The notes beneath the pieces were generated by a model. It made no database searches. It saw only the letters and a program-made list of their open reading frames with translations, and was not told the origin of the DNA. From Candidatus Lumbricidiphila eiseniae (lineage in GTDB: Bacteria; Actinomycetota; Actinomycetes; Actinomycetales; Microbacteriaceae), in NCBI GenBank assembly GCA_002529645.1, contig NAEP01000041.1, forward strand, positions 8,610-72,609: a DNA stretch of 64,000 nucleotides. Reading direction: 5' to 3'. Positions 27,358 to 37,243 of this stretch are shown here, in pieces; positions within the stretch are counted from its first letter, which is position 1, and every line of letters begins with the position of its first letter. Position numbers and translations under genes: made by a program.

Positions 27358-28712
27358 GTCAGCTCCTCGACGATTGCGCCCTGAGAACGGAGTGTGTGCC
27401 GCAACTCATCAGTGTCGATGTCTGCAACCGAGCAGTCTTGTCGCGAACTCATTGCAGCAGCCGTTCCTGCGGCCTCACCCATTGCCATACACTGCGCCAT
27501 TGATCGGACGGATGCATGTCCGTCGTGCGTGGCCGAGAAGCATCGCCCCGCAACGACGATATTTTGTGCCCCTTCCGGAACCAGCGTTCGATATGGAATT
27601 CCCACCACCCCACCGTTCGGGATATAGTGCCATCGCGTATCGGTACCCTCGTGATGATCTTCAATTGGAGCACCGCAGAGCGCGATTTGATCTTCAAACT
27701 GGCGTGCCGAGAGCACGTCTTCCTTCGTCAAGCGTGCGAGGCCTTGAATCCGTCGAGTTTCGCGGACACCAATCTGTGTTCCCATCCACACGAGGTCCGC
27801 GTGTTCGTAGCCTGGAACCATATCCTTGAGGAACCGCACGTACTCGAGTGCTTGTTTACGTCCCTCAATCTCTGCGGCGGACAGGAAGATCGGATCCGTA
27901 GCGTTTACTTGTTTGCCATCTCGCATCTTGGTTGACGGTAACCGGGTCATAATCGTTGCCATCACTCCGTCAACCGGGGTGACGTGGTCAGATCCTTCGT
28001 GGCGCGGCATCTCATACCTTCCAGTTGCGGCAGCTGATTTCATCAAATCGTGCAGTGTTTCTTTCGTAATCGTCTTTCTTCTTGTCACATCAACATTCCC
28101 CATTCGGAAGGTTGTTGTCAGAGTTTGAGCAGGAAAAATATGCCCGGCAGTTTCGAATTTCAATCCTGCATGAAAACACACATCGGCATCACCAGTGGCG
28201 TCCACGACGACACGTGTCGAGATACGTTGAAGGCCAGCCTTGGTCGCGACGGCAACGTCAAGAATGCGGCCATTTTCAATTCGAACAGCTTGGAGCACGG
28301 TGTGAAGCAAGACCGTAACTCCGGCGGTGAGCGCCATGTTTTCCCACGCAACTTTGAGGTGTTCTGGGTGGTAGGTAATTCCAGTTCCGGCTCCAAAAGT
28401 GTTCGGGCGCTCCAAAACTGGCCCAAGCTTGCGAAGTTCATCAACCACTTCCGATCCAATGCCAGCGACAACCCGGCGCGGTGTATCTCCCGGTGTGTAG
28501 AAGCCGTAGAATGTGTCAAGGACTGCTGTGCTCGTCCCGCCGAGAAAGCCCATTTTTTCCACTAGCACAACAGAAGCTCCGCTGCGGGCAGCTGCGATTG
28601 CGGCTGGTACACCAGCTGACCCAGAACCCACTACCAAGACATCTGCCTCGGTAATGATTGGGAGGCCTGAAATCCATTCATTCATAGTGTTCTCTTTCTC
28701 TCGAAATTCCAA
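27354..28712 (-). CDS. FAD-dependent oxidoreductase
   Basis: Dinucleotide-binding motif DVLVVGSGSAGVPAAIAAARSGASVVLVEK. The start may be ATG 28685 (MNEWISG). Confidence 0.75.
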   Translation of the reverse strand: MEFREKENTMNEWISGLPIITEADVLVVGSGSAGVPAAIAAARSGASVVLVEKMGFLGGTSTAVLDTFYGFYTPGDTPRRVVAGIGSEVVDELRKLGPVLERPNTFGAGTGITYHPEHLKVAWENMALTAGVTVLLHTVLQAVRIENGRILDVAVATKAGLQRISTRVVVDATGDADVCFHAGLKFETAGHIFPAQTLTTTFRMGNVDVTRRKTITKETLHDLMKSAAATGRYEMPRHEGSDHVTPVDGVMATIMTRLPSTKMRDGKQVNATDPIFLSAAEIEGRKQALEYVRFLKDMVPGYEHADLVWMGTQIGVRETRRIQGLARLTKEDVLSARQFEDQIALCGAPIEDHHEGTDTRWHYIPNGGVVGIPYRTLVPEGAQNIVVAGRCFSATHDGHASVRSMAQCMAMGEAAGTAAAMSSRQDCSVADIDTDELRHTLRSQGAIVEELT

Positions 28713-28824
28713 GTTTCTCGTGGATGCCTGGTTTCGTGTGAATTGCTTACTTTTCTTGAAGGCATATTTCTCGTGAAGGTTCTGCTTTTCCCGTGGAGTG
28801 CCTATTTTCCTATGAGATATCTAC
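28712..28824. repeat. six degenerate about 18-19-bp tandem units, core TTTCYCGTGRA
   Basis: Cores start at 28714, 28732, 28751, 28767, 28787 and 28805. On the transcribed (minus) strand they read YCACGAGAAA-N8. The array fills the gap between the PTE-like gene and the FAD oxidoreductase gene. Confidence 0.6.
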
Positions 28825-29822
28825 TTCTCTCTTGGTAAATTCAATGGTGCGCGGAATGTCAGCCATTTCTGCGGATTGGTGGCTGAAATAAGCTGGATAT
28901 CACCGTCAGAAATTCCAAAACTTCGTAGGCGCGGGACAAATTCACCAAAAAGATATTGCAGACCAGGACCACCACCGTAAGAGGGCCAATAGGTGCGTCG
29001 TACCAGGTCAAGACCAAGCGTAATTCGATTTGCATAACCTGCAGTAGTCAGCTCAGAAATTAGCTCGTACACAACCGAATCAGGTCGCACCTTAATCCGC
29101 CCCATCCAGTCGTATCCGAGATAGCAGTTACGACTTGCTAGTTCCTTGTGAAGCACCCGGTCAGGATTGCGGTCGGCGTGCGAAAGCATAATCGCCTCAA
29201 GAGGAACATCGTGTGATTCGAAGAGGTCCAGTGCTGCATGGGCTGCAGTTCCCTGTTCAATGTGAATCATGATTGGTGACCCAGTGGCGTGGTGGGCCAA
29301 AATCACTGCCTCAATGAGTACTTCCGTTCGATTCGGAACATGGTGAAATTCTGTCGCAATTTTGAGTGCTCCCGCGCGGATGTCAGTAGGTACGGGCTTG
29401 GGACCGAGACTGCAGCGCTCATCCATACCGTTTTGAAGTTCACAGATCAGTATTTCTGCCAGCTCATTTGCGCTCTGACTATGAATCCAATGCCCTCCGG
29501 AGTAGTATTTCAAGCGGTGGAATCCAGTCATTGCTATGAGCGGAACTCTTGTTCGGTTGGATATTTCCCGAAGCGCTCTGGCGGATCTCCCCTCAATCAG
29601 GGGGAGTGCGTCCACAAGTGCCTTACCACCGCTATGGATGAACTGCTTGACTCCGGTGACTGTGCGCTCAAGATCGTTAAGCAGAAACTCGGGTTCGAGC
29701 GATGTCATCAGACTCGGACCAACCCACAGGTGTTCGTGTGCGCTCACGGTTCCAAGGGAATCCGGACTAACATCACCAGTGACCGTGCGTACTTTCCCTG
29801 TAGGATATGTGGAATAGGTCAA
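28821..29822 (-). CDS. phosphotriesterase-related (PTE/amidohydrolase) family protein, likely lactonase/hydrolase
   Basis: VSAHEHLWVG metal-binding start and TIM-barrel length. Start set to TTG 29822, with GGAGGG 7 nt upstream and a TTGA overlap with the permease stop. The longer ORF to 29978 overlaps the permease gene. Confidence 0.7.
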   Translation of the reverse strand: MTYSTYPTGKVRTVTGDVSPDSLGTVSAHEHLWVGPSLMTSLEPEFLLNDLERTVTGVKQFIHSGGKALVDALPLIEGRSARALREISNRTRVPLIAMTGFHRLKYYSGGHWIHSQSANELAEILICELQNGMDERCSLGPKPVPTDIRAGALKIATEFHHVPNRTEVLIEAVILAHHATGSPIMIHIEQGTAAHAALDLFESHDVPLEAIMLSHADRNPDRVLHKELASRNCYLGYDWMGRIKVRPDSVVYELISELTTAGYANRITLGLDLVRRTYWPSYGGGPGLQYLFGEFVPRLRSFGISDGDIQLISATNPQKWLTFRAPLNLPREK

Positions 29823-30844
29823 GCTGAATCCCTCCTCTTTCTGTTGTAGGAATCTACCGCAACCATCACGAGAATAATGACCCCAGATGCCACATTTTGC
29901 CAAAAAGATGGCACATTTAGTAAATTGAATCCGTTTGCGAGCAAAGCAAAGAACACTGCTCCCGCGGCAGTGCGCCACATTGAACCTTCACCACCGGCAA
30001 GGCTTGTGCCGCCAACAAGCACTGCCGCAATGACCGAGAGCTCAAGCCCCTGACCAACATCTGCAGCTCCGACACCGATCCTTGCAGCAAATATAAGACC
30101 TGCAAAGGCAGCCATGAGACCGGTGAGAACGTAGGTACTCACTACGATCCGATCGACTCTCACTCCAGCAATTTTGCTCGCTATAGAGTTGGATCCGGTC
30201 GAGTAGACAAATCGTCCATACTTTGTTTTTGAAAGAACAAACCACGCGAAAGAAAATATGGTAATCATGAGAATCACAGGAACTGGAACCCCGGCAATAT
30301 TTCCTGCCCCGAGCCAGCGGAATGCGGGGTCGGGTACACGTATTGGAGCGGCATCGGTATACAACAGTGCGAGTCCTCTGACTATTTGCAGTGATGCGAG
30401 CGTCGTGACAAACGCATTTATTCCCAGTTTTGTGATGATGGTGCCGTTAATGAAGCCCACTAGACCGCCAGCCAGTACCGCAATAAGCATTGCAATTGGT
30501 ACAGTAAATACGTGAGACAATCCGGCGGCCAGTGCGCCACCTAAGGCAAACACTGAGCCAACCGACAGATCAAACCCACCAGCAATGAACACAAAGGTCA
30601 TTGCAAACGCAATGATTGCGACGATAGACGCTTGGCGGATGATATTGAGAATATTCTCAATTGACAAGAACCCCGGGCTAGTGATTGCCAGTACTATAAA
30701 TAGTATAACGACTGCAGCGACAACAGCATAGTTCCTGAGAATGACCGCGATACGGTTGCTCTGATTGGAATTTATGTACACGGTATCGCTGTCCAAGTGT
30801 GTGGATTTAGCATTCATCAGCGTTCTCGATTCGTTTCTGTTCAT
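29819..30844 (-). CDS. sugar ABC transporter permease (RbsC/CUT2-like)
   Basis: 341 aa with about 9-10 TM helices and Gly/Ala-rich CUT2 permease composition. The start may be ATG 30817. Confidence 0.8.
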   Translation of the reverse strand: MNRNESRTLMNAKSTHLDSDTVYINSNQSNRIAVILRNYAVVAAVVILFIVLAITSPGFLSIENILNIIRQASIVAIIAFAMTFVFIAGGFDLSVGSVFALGGALAAGLSHVFTVPIAMLIAVLAGGLVGFINGTIITKLGINAFVTTLASLQIVRGLALLYTDAAPIRVPDPAFRWLGAGNIAGVPVPVILMITIFSFAWFVLSKTKYGRFVYSTGSNSIASKIAGVRVDRIVVSTYVLTGLMAAFAGLIFAARIGVGAADVGQGLELSVIAAVLVGGTSLAGGEGSMWRTAAGAVFFALLANGFNLLNVPSFWQNVASGVIILVMVAVDSYNRKRRDSA

Positions 30845-32324
30845 AGGCTGCTAAAAGTATATTGTGTTCGTTCATATCGTCGCCCTGGAGTTGCGCGATG
30901 ATATGCCCATGTGACATGACCAAGACCCGATCGCACACTGTTGCTATTTCCGCGAACTCCGATGATGCATACAGCACCACCTTTCCTTCTTCTGCGAAGG
31001 TGCGGATCACCCCAAAAATTTCCTCTTTAGCTCCGACATCTATGCCTCTTGTTGGCTCATCAAGGATAAGGATCTTTGGATCCGACATGAGCCAACGTCC
31101 AATGACGATTTTTTGCTGGTTTCCGCCAGAAAGATTCCGAACCAGAGTTGCTGGATGAGGAGCTTTTATTTTGAGGCGGGTCATGACAGTCTGTGCAGTT
31201 GTGTGCATCCATGTCAGATTTATGATCACACGAGGTCGAGTCATTGCAATGGAAGGCAGTGAAATATTCCATGATACAGACTTTTCCAGGAGCAATCCCT
31301 CGGCCTTTCGATCACCTGGAACCAGGGCTACCCCTGCATCAATATGCGCTTTTAATGACCCGTTCTTTGGAGCTATCCCGTCGACTAAAATGTGACCACT
31401 ATCTGAGCGATTCACGCCAGCAAGCGACCGCACAACGTGTGACACTCCAGATCCAACTAATCCGGTGATTCCAACGATTTCACCGCAACGAAGTTCAAAG
31501 TTTACATTAGAATAGCACCGAGTTTTTGACAAATTCGAAACTTTAGCAATTTGTTTTCCCGGGTGAAAATTTTTCTTCTTAGTAATAAACTTCGAGAGTG
31601 GGCGTCCTAGCATCAATTCTGTGAGCTCAGCTGAATCGGTTTCAGACGGGGTGCGAATCGCAACGACCTGACCATCACGCAGAACGATGATCTGATCGGC
31701 AATTGCCAAAACCTCGTCCAGGTAATGTGAGACGTAGATCACGGTTTTACCAGTTGCTACAAGTGCCCGTGTGGTAACTCGAAGTGTACGAGCAGCTTCA
31801 AACCCAAGTGAAGCGGTGGCCTCGTCCATAATGATGATATCAGCATCACGTGAGAGTGCTCGAAGAATCTCAACGATACGTTGCTGGGCCACATCCAAAT
31901 GGCGTGTTGGAATATCGAGAGGCACGGAGAACCCAACCCGCTCCATGAGTGTTTTCACAGTCTCACGTTCTTTTTGAGAATTGACCAACAGACCTGCATT
32001 TGGCTCGTGATTTATGAGAATGTTTTCCGTTGCTGTCAGTGCTAGTGCGAGGTTTATTTCTTGAGGTATGAGTGCTATTCCGTGGTTCAGGGTTGCAGTT
32101 TCAGTGAGATCAACAGCGACACCTGCCCGTTCAACTATTCCGCTGTCTGGACGGTCGAGTCCGGCAAGTATTCGCATGAGAGTCGATTTGCCGGCACCAT
32201 TCTCTCCGACCAGTGCGGTGACATTCCCGACAGGAAATTCGACCGTCACATCTGACAGGGCGAGACTGCCCGGGAAGCGTTTATACACTCCCCGGGCAGC
32301 TAACACCGGGATTCCAGTCACCAT
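30807..32324 (-). CDS. sugar ABC transporter ATP-binding protein (RbsA-like, two fused ATPase domains)
   Basis: 505 aa with GENGAGKST, a second P-loop-like GLVGSGVS, LSGGNQQK and ILDEPTRGID. Confidence 0.85.
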   Translation of the reverse strand: MVTGIPVLAARGVYKRFPGSLALSDVTVEFPVGNVTALVGENGAGKSTLMRILAGLDRPDSGIVERAGVAVDLTETATLNHGIALIPQEINLALALTATENILINHEPNAGLLVNSQKERETVKTLMERVGFSVPLDIPTRHLDVAQQRIVEILRALSRDADIIIMDEATASLGFEAARTLRVTTRALVATGKTVIYVSHYLDEVLAIADQIIVLRDGQVVAIRTPSETDSAELTELMLGRPLSKFITKKKNFHPGKQIAKVSNLSKTRCYSNVNFELRCGEIVGITGLVGSGVSHVVRSLAGVNRSDSGHILVDGIAPKNGSLKAHIDAGVALVPGDRKAEGLLLEKSVSWNISLPSIAMTRPRVIINLTWMHTTAQTVMTRLKIKAPHPATLVRNLSGGNQQKIVIGRWLMSDPKILILDEPTRGIDVGAKEEIFGVIRTFAEEGKVVLYASSEFAEIATVCDRVLVMSHGHIIAQLQGDDMNEHNILLAAYEQKRIENADEC

Positions 32325-33376
32325 TCAGCCCTGAAGTCAGTAACGTTCTGTCGTGTGATGATCTGGTTACCAGAGTCGTTGTAGTACGGTGCAATATCGG
32401 CAATTGCTGCGCCGCGAGCTACCACCGCGGCAGCGACTGTCGGAAGCTGACCCTGAATAAACGGACGGAAGTAGATCGTGCCGTACATCTCTCCGCTTGC
32501 AATGAGTTTTAAACCTTGCTCGCTCGCGCCCACTGAGACAACCTTGAGTTGTTTTCCAGCAGCCTTGAGCGCAGTAATCGCTCCAGAGGCCATGTTATCT
32601 GAGTGTGCATAGACTAGCGCAGCATCAGGATGTGCCTGAATCAGATTTTCAATAACCGACTGAGCTTTACCCTCATCGAAGTCCGCGGGCTGATCAGATA
32701 CAATTTTACAATTGGGATTCCTGCTCATATTCTTTGCGAAGCCGTTGGTTCTATTTTGTGTGATAGGTGAAGCTGCCAAGCCGCTGACAATGAGGATTTT
32801 GCCACATTTCTCACCGAGCGCATCAAGTGCCATTTGACCGGCCTGCTTGCCAACCTCTATTTCCTTGTGCCCGACGTAAGTTATGGTTCCTGGATAGCGA
32901 TCAGCAGCATCACCCAACGGACTATTCGTGACGGAAACAATTATTTTGTGATCGATAGCATTTTTAGCAGACTCTACGATTGGAACGGAGTCAACAGGCT
33001 GGATGACAAAGGCAGTGTACTTACCCGCCGTAATCGCATCCTCAATCTGATTGATCTGAGTGGTTGTATCGAACTTTGCATCAAATACATCGAGTTTGAT
33101 ATTGCACTCTTTTGCAGCTTGCTCTGCACCAGATTTCATTGCCTGAACAAACGTGTTGTTTTGCGTGTTAAGAAAGAAGGCGATGTTCAAAGCCTTGTCT
33201 CCACGGCATGACGGAGTTAATTTTTTAAGAGCGTCAGGACCGAACACACCATCGGTCGGCCCCTCCGCCGCCACTGTGGGAGTGGTTTGTTCAGTTTTTG
33301 TTGTGGCGCACCCAATGAGAGTTGTTGCGACGAGCATGAGCAGAACCGGGTACTTATATAGTTTGGGAATCATCAT
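32318..33376 (-). CDS. sugar ABC transporter substrate-binding lipoprotein (RbsB-like)
   Basis: 352 aa with a lipobox LIGCATT. Periplasmic-binding-protein type I pattern. Confidence 0.8.
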   Translation of the reverse strand: MMIPKLYKYPVLLMLVATTLIGCATTKTEQTTPTVAAEGPTDGVFGPDALKKLTPSCRGDKALNIAFFLNTQNNTFVQAMKSGAEQAAKECNIKLDVFDAKFDTTTQINQIEDAITAGKYTAFVIQPVDSVPIVESAKNAIDHKIIVSVTNSPLGDAADRYPGTITYVGHKEIEVGKQAGQMALDALGEKCGKILIVSGLAASPITQNRTNGFAKNMSRNPNCKIVSDQPADFDEGKAQSVIENLIQAHPDAALVYAHSDNMASGAITALKAAGKQLKVVSVGASEQGLKLIASGEMYGTIYFRPFIQGQLPTVAAAVVARGAAIADIAPYYNDSGNQIITRQNVTDFRAEW

Positions 33377-34898
33377 TGCCTCCTAGTATTATTGAGTCAT
33401 TTTCACGGAGTTCGCAAAAGGTTGGTCGTAGAGCCTGTATTGCGTTTGCATATATATCTGAGAGATGCCTGTAGTGCGCCATTTTTGTGAGATGTGGAAC
33501 AACCGAAGAAATATTTTCAAGACCACGAACTGCTGCATCGGCAAGGTCAGGCACACGGCCAACGGCGTGAGCTGCAAGGAGCGCTGCACCCCAACTGGCT
33601 GTGTGCTCGCGGTCAGTGACAAGGTATTCAAGACCCAACACATCAGATTTCAGTTGATTCCACACTGAACTTTTGGCTCCTCCACCGACACCCAAGACAC
33701 GTTGAGGTTTGGTTTTTAGACCAATATTTTTCATGCGGCTAATATACAGTGAGTACTCAAGCGGTACGGCTTCAAGTATTGCCTGATAGAGATGCGCCTG
33801 TGTGTGGCTCCACTTGAGCCCTATCCAGGCACCGCGGATTTCTGGCTCGGTGGGACACACTCTGCCTCCAAGGTGCGGAATGAAGAGGAGATCTGAGGGA
33901 GTTCGCATCGTCTTGCCAGCTGCATTATTTAGTTCTTCGAATGTCCTATAAAGCCCGGGGTCACCAAGGATGTTTGTCATGAACCACCGGTGGCTCAGCC
34001 CAGCTCCTGCGGTATATCCAAGCAGGTGAAACACACCCTCGAGTGCTGATGGAACGGTTGCGAGAGCCCCATCTAAATCTGCAAAAAAGGTGTCTGTTAC
34101 AACCGAGAAATGATTCGTGGTTCCGGCAGTATCAACCGCGTCACCGGGAGCGATGGCACCAGCCCCGAGCCATCCGGCTGAGGCATCCCCTAAGCCTGCG
34201 ACGAGTGGTGTTCCCGCAAGAATTCGGGTTGCCGCGGAGACTTTTTGGCTCAGCTTGCCGACAATATGCTCTGGTCGCACGATCATCGGAAGGACATCGG
34301 CTGAAACACCCCAAGACCTCACTGCATCCTCGTCCCACTGTGCAGTCTTGATATTCGCACCACCGTACAAGCCAACCGATGTCGAGTCGATGCACAGTTC
34401 TGAAACGGACGAGTCGCTCAACATCCACGTCACCCACGAAGGCAGCATAGTGACCTTTGCGGCCATATCAGCGCGGGAAACATCCTGATCTTTCCACCGC
34501 AGTATTCGAGGCATCACATACGGATCGATTCCCGACAACGCCCGTGCCTGTTGTTTTTCCTGATTGCTTCTCGCATCGCGATACACAGTCGCTCGTTCGT
34601 CTAGGTAGGATTCGTAGGCACCTATCGGATTCCCGGCTGCATCGATCGCAATCGCGCCGCCAATTTGCCCTGTTACGCCTATGGCTTCGGGCGTGCTGTA
34701 GCCACTTTGGGCAAGGTCGGTCAGTCCTGCCACAACCGATTGAAATACTGCGTTCGGGTCTGCCTCGATGGCATCAGGAGCGGAGTTCATAACGGTCGGA
34801 GTTTGTATTGAAACAGCGAGCTCGTGCCCGTGAAGGTCGAATGCTATGACTCTCGTTGATGAAGTTCCGAGGTCAACGCCAATAGTGTACGGGTTCAT
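33354..34898 (-). CDS. FGGY-family carbohydrate kinase
   Basis: IGVDLGTSSTRV N-terminal motif and GGGAKSSVWNQLKSDVLG C-terminal motif. ATG 34898 follows GGAGGAG and forms an ATGA overlap with the SIS gene stop. Confidence 0.8.
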   Translation of the reverse strand: MNPYTIGVDLGTSSTRVIAFDLHGHELAVSIQTPTVMNSAPDAIEADPNAVFQSVVAGLTDLAQSGYSTPEAIGVTGQIGGAIAIDAAGNPIGAYESYLDERATVYRDARSNQEKQQARALSGIDPYVMPRILRWKDQDVSRADMAAKVTMLPSWVTWMLSDSSVSELCIDSTSVGLYGGANIKTAQWDEDAVRSWGVSADVLPMIVRPEHIVGKLSQKVSAATRILAGTPLVAGLGDASAGWLGAGAIAPGDAVDTAGTTNHFSVVTDTFFADLDGALATVPSALEGVFHLLGYTAGAGLSHRWFMTNILGDPGLYRTFEELNNAAGKTMRTPSDLLFIPHLGGRVCPTEPEIRGAWIGLKWSHTQAHLYQAILEAVPLEYSLYISRMKNIGLKTKPQRVLGVGGGAKSSVWNQLKSDVLGLEYLVTDREHTASWGAALLAAHAVGRVPDLADAAVRGLENISSVVPHLTKMAHYRHLSDIYANAIQALRPTFCELRENDSIILGGNDDSQTI

Positions 34899-35689
34899 TT
34901 TCTCCTCCCACGGTGACTTGACTCTGCCCAAATTCGTTCATAGATTTTTCTGGCATTCTCGCGTTTTTTCCGCTGCACTTCACCCGCGTAAAAGGCCGAT
35001 GGCATGACCTCAGGAGGCTTTCCACGCGAGGTAAGAATGAACGCGACCTCAACGACGAGTGCATTTCCGATTAGACAGGCAGCGATGGTTGAAGTTCCCC
35101 CGACGGGTGCATTGAGTCCGTCGATATGCACAGCCGCATCACCCGCAGGCGTGCACAGGTCAATCACCACATCGCATGCTTCATGAAGCCTCTTGCCTGA
35201 CGAATGAGATGGTTCAGATGCCATCGCGTGTGCAATGGAGGTTAGCGCGATGGTAGTGGCACCAACCTCTTTCGCACAGATGGCAAGATCAACCGTCACT
35301 GCGTTGATTCCGGTAGCGGTTGAGCACAGCAGCACATCGCCGGGGCGAATGTCTTGGTCTTCGAAGATAATTCGACCGTAGGTTTCGATGGTTGAGAGAA
35401 AGAGATTTGCGCGGTGTGTGGTGTCTCCGCCGCCTGTCATCGATGTAAAACGTGAGAGCGGGAGATCCACGATTGGATTGAATCCCGCGAACGAGCCGAT
35501 GCGCGGGAACATTTCTTGCACGACCAGTGATGAGTGACCGGAGCCGAACAGATGAACGATGCCACCCCGTGCGATCACCTCGGCCATTAGTGATGCCACA
35601 CGGTGCATGGTCTCGGACTGGGTCACACGAATCTGCTCGTGGATGCGCGCATTCGCGTCGAAGAACTTCCCTGTGCTCACAGTTGACAT
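34895..35689 (-). CDS. SIS domain-containing protein (UPF0309-like sugar isomerase/binding domain)
   Basis: GGIVHLFGSGHSSLVVQE and LLCSTATGINAVTVDLA motifs. ATG 35689 is preferred over the TTG at 35716. Confidence 0.65.
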   Translation of the reverse strand: MSTVSTGKFFDANARIHEQIRVTQSETMHRVASLMAEVIARGGIVHLFGSGHSSLVVQEMFPRIGSFAGFNPIVDLPLSRFTSMTGGGDTTHRANLFLSTIETYGRIIFEDQDIRPGDVLLCSTATGINAVTVDLAICAKEVGATTIALTSIAHAMASEPSHSSGKRLHEACDVVIDLCTPAGDAAVHIDGLNAPVGGTSTIAACLIGNALVVEVAFILTSRGKPPEVMPSAFYAGEVQRKKRENARKIYERIWAESSHRGRRK

Positions 35690-35693
35690 ATAA

Positions 35694-35713
35694 ACATACG
35701 GACGTTCGTATGT
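35694..35713. promoter_or_regulatory. near-perfect 20-bp palindrome, candidate GntR/HutC operator
   Basis: ACATACGGAC|GTTCGTATGT, with 9 of 10 positions symmetric. It lies 5 bp upstream of the SIS ATG and 50 bp from the divergent GntR start. Confidence 0.4.
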
Positions 35714-35762
35714 CAACTGGCTGTATCAGTGTGCCTATATCTCTGGTGACCATAATTGAGGT

Positions 35763-36494
35763 ATGGCGACGACGACTTCCCTCTACCTTCGGACTGCGGA
35801 GACACTACGGTCTCGATTCCGGTTGCTCCCACCCGAGACGTTGGTGCCTTCCGAACCGGTCCTTCAGGCGGAATTGGAGGTCAGTAGAGCCACGCTCCGC
35901 CATGCCCTAGACATTCTTGAGCGTGAAGGAGTGATCAAACGCCAACGAGGTCGTGGGACATACACTCATCACCGTCGCCTTGTTCATAACCTCAGTGGAC
36001 TCAGTAGCTGGACCGATCAACTGCGAGCCACTGGTGTGAGAGCCGGAACGAGGTCACTCAGGGTCAGCTTTGAGACTGCTCCTCCCCGGGTGGTTGAGCT
36101 TGGCATGCCGGAGTCTGAAGAGGTGATGGTAATAGATCGCGTTCGCTTGGCTGATGGTGTCCCCATTTCGTGGATGCAAAATTATCTTCCGAAGGATCTG
36201 GCAGAGAACCTTCGAGTTGTCGAGTTGCAAAACGGCTCGCTGTACGAAGCATTGCGGCTCGTTGGAGTTCAGCTGGTACGTGCCGAAGACGTGGTGACTG
36301 CTGAACTCAGTGGATCTGAGGCGAGCGAGCGGTTGGAGATTGCTGTTGGCGATCCAGTATTGTGCACCGCACGTCGGTCATGGAACGAGGTCGGCAGGCT
36401 TGCTGAAGTGGGATTCGTTGTGTCCGCTGCGCATCGCTATGAGTATCGGGTTAGTTTGGAGGGCAGGACGGAACCTTTCGTTGAGGAACACTGA
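35763..36494 (+). CDS. GntR family transcriptional regulator (HutC subfamily, UTRA effector domain)
   Basis: LPPETLVPSEPVLQAELEVSRATLRHALDILEREGVIKRQRGRGTY winged helix, followed by a UTRA-length C-terminus. Confidence 0.85.
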   Translation: MATTTSLYLRTAETLRSRFRLLPPETLVPSEPVLQAELEVSRATLRHALDILEREGVIKRQRGRGTYTHHRRLVHNLSGLSSWTDQLRATGVRAGTRSLRVSFETAPPRVVELGMPESEEVMVIDRVRLADGVPISWMQNYLPKDLAENLRVVELQNGSLYEALRLVGVQLVRAEDVVTAELSGSEASERLEIAVGDPVLCTARRSWNEVGRLAEVGFVVSAAHRYEYRVSLEGRTEPFVEEH

Positions 36495-36515
36495 GCTGAC
36501 ACCGCCGAGGCGGCT

Positions 36516-36818
36516 GTGAGTGGAGTGATCCGACGGAGCCCCTCACTGACACCGACACATTGCGATCCTTCGATTAGGAGTCCTGGGACGATTCCATTGT
36601 TGGTCGGCAGATCAGGCATGCCATTGCATGCGCTGCGCCACTACGGGTTAACCCGGTTCGCTCAGGCCGGTGCGGCTACTTGTGAACTGTTAGCGCGGGC
36701 CGGGCACTCAAACATCACCGTTGCGCCCCACTACCAGTACAAGACAGGACGGGATGCGGAACTCGCAGCTTGGATGGCGCAACTTTCCGGCATTGGACTC
36801 GGTACCGTCTCTCAGTAG
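36516..36818 (+). pseudogene. tyrosine recombinase/integrase C-terminal remnant
   Basis: Only about 65 aa of the catalytic C-terminus remain: LHALRHYGLT (HxLRH box) and AGHSNITVAPHYQY (catalytic Tyr region). The N-terminal about 250 aa are absent. It lies 425 bp from the 3' end of tRNA-Lys. Confidence 0.7.
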
Positions 36819-37243
36819 AGCAGGTTGGTCCTTGGCACCTCTGGTGCCTCTAGATATCTGTCCTAAATATGTCACGAAATGTGGTGGGGTCGGGTGTGGG
36901 TGGGTCGTGCTGCGATGGTGAGGTGCCATCCTGCGGAGTTGCCGGTGCCTGGGGGTGTGCTGTTGGTGCGGGGTAGTCGGATTAGGTCGGAAGAGCCTGC
37001 GAGTGCTTGGGTTTGGCGGGTGTGCTCTGCGACAAGGTCGTCCATCGCGGCGCAGAGTCCTGGGCTGAGGGTGTGTTTGAGGTCGGGTTGTTCGAAGCCG
37101 CGTGCGGTGCGGGGTTGATTTTCAGGACTCCGGTCAATTTGTTCAGGACCAGTCCGATCGCGCGTCTGCGCGCGGCCCACTCCGCCAGCACCGCTCTCGC
37201 ACACCACCCTTGCCCCAACAGCGGCGGAAACGCGGTAGCCCCG

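Noticed and set aside
36819-37243. I looked for a second copy of the tRNA-Lys 3' end (att site), and for a coding gene between the integrase remnant and the tRNA.
   Set aside because: By eye I found no copy of GGGACTCGAACCCGG or its neighbours elsewhere in the window. The ORFs here overlap the tRNA or have junk composition. This needs a computed search.
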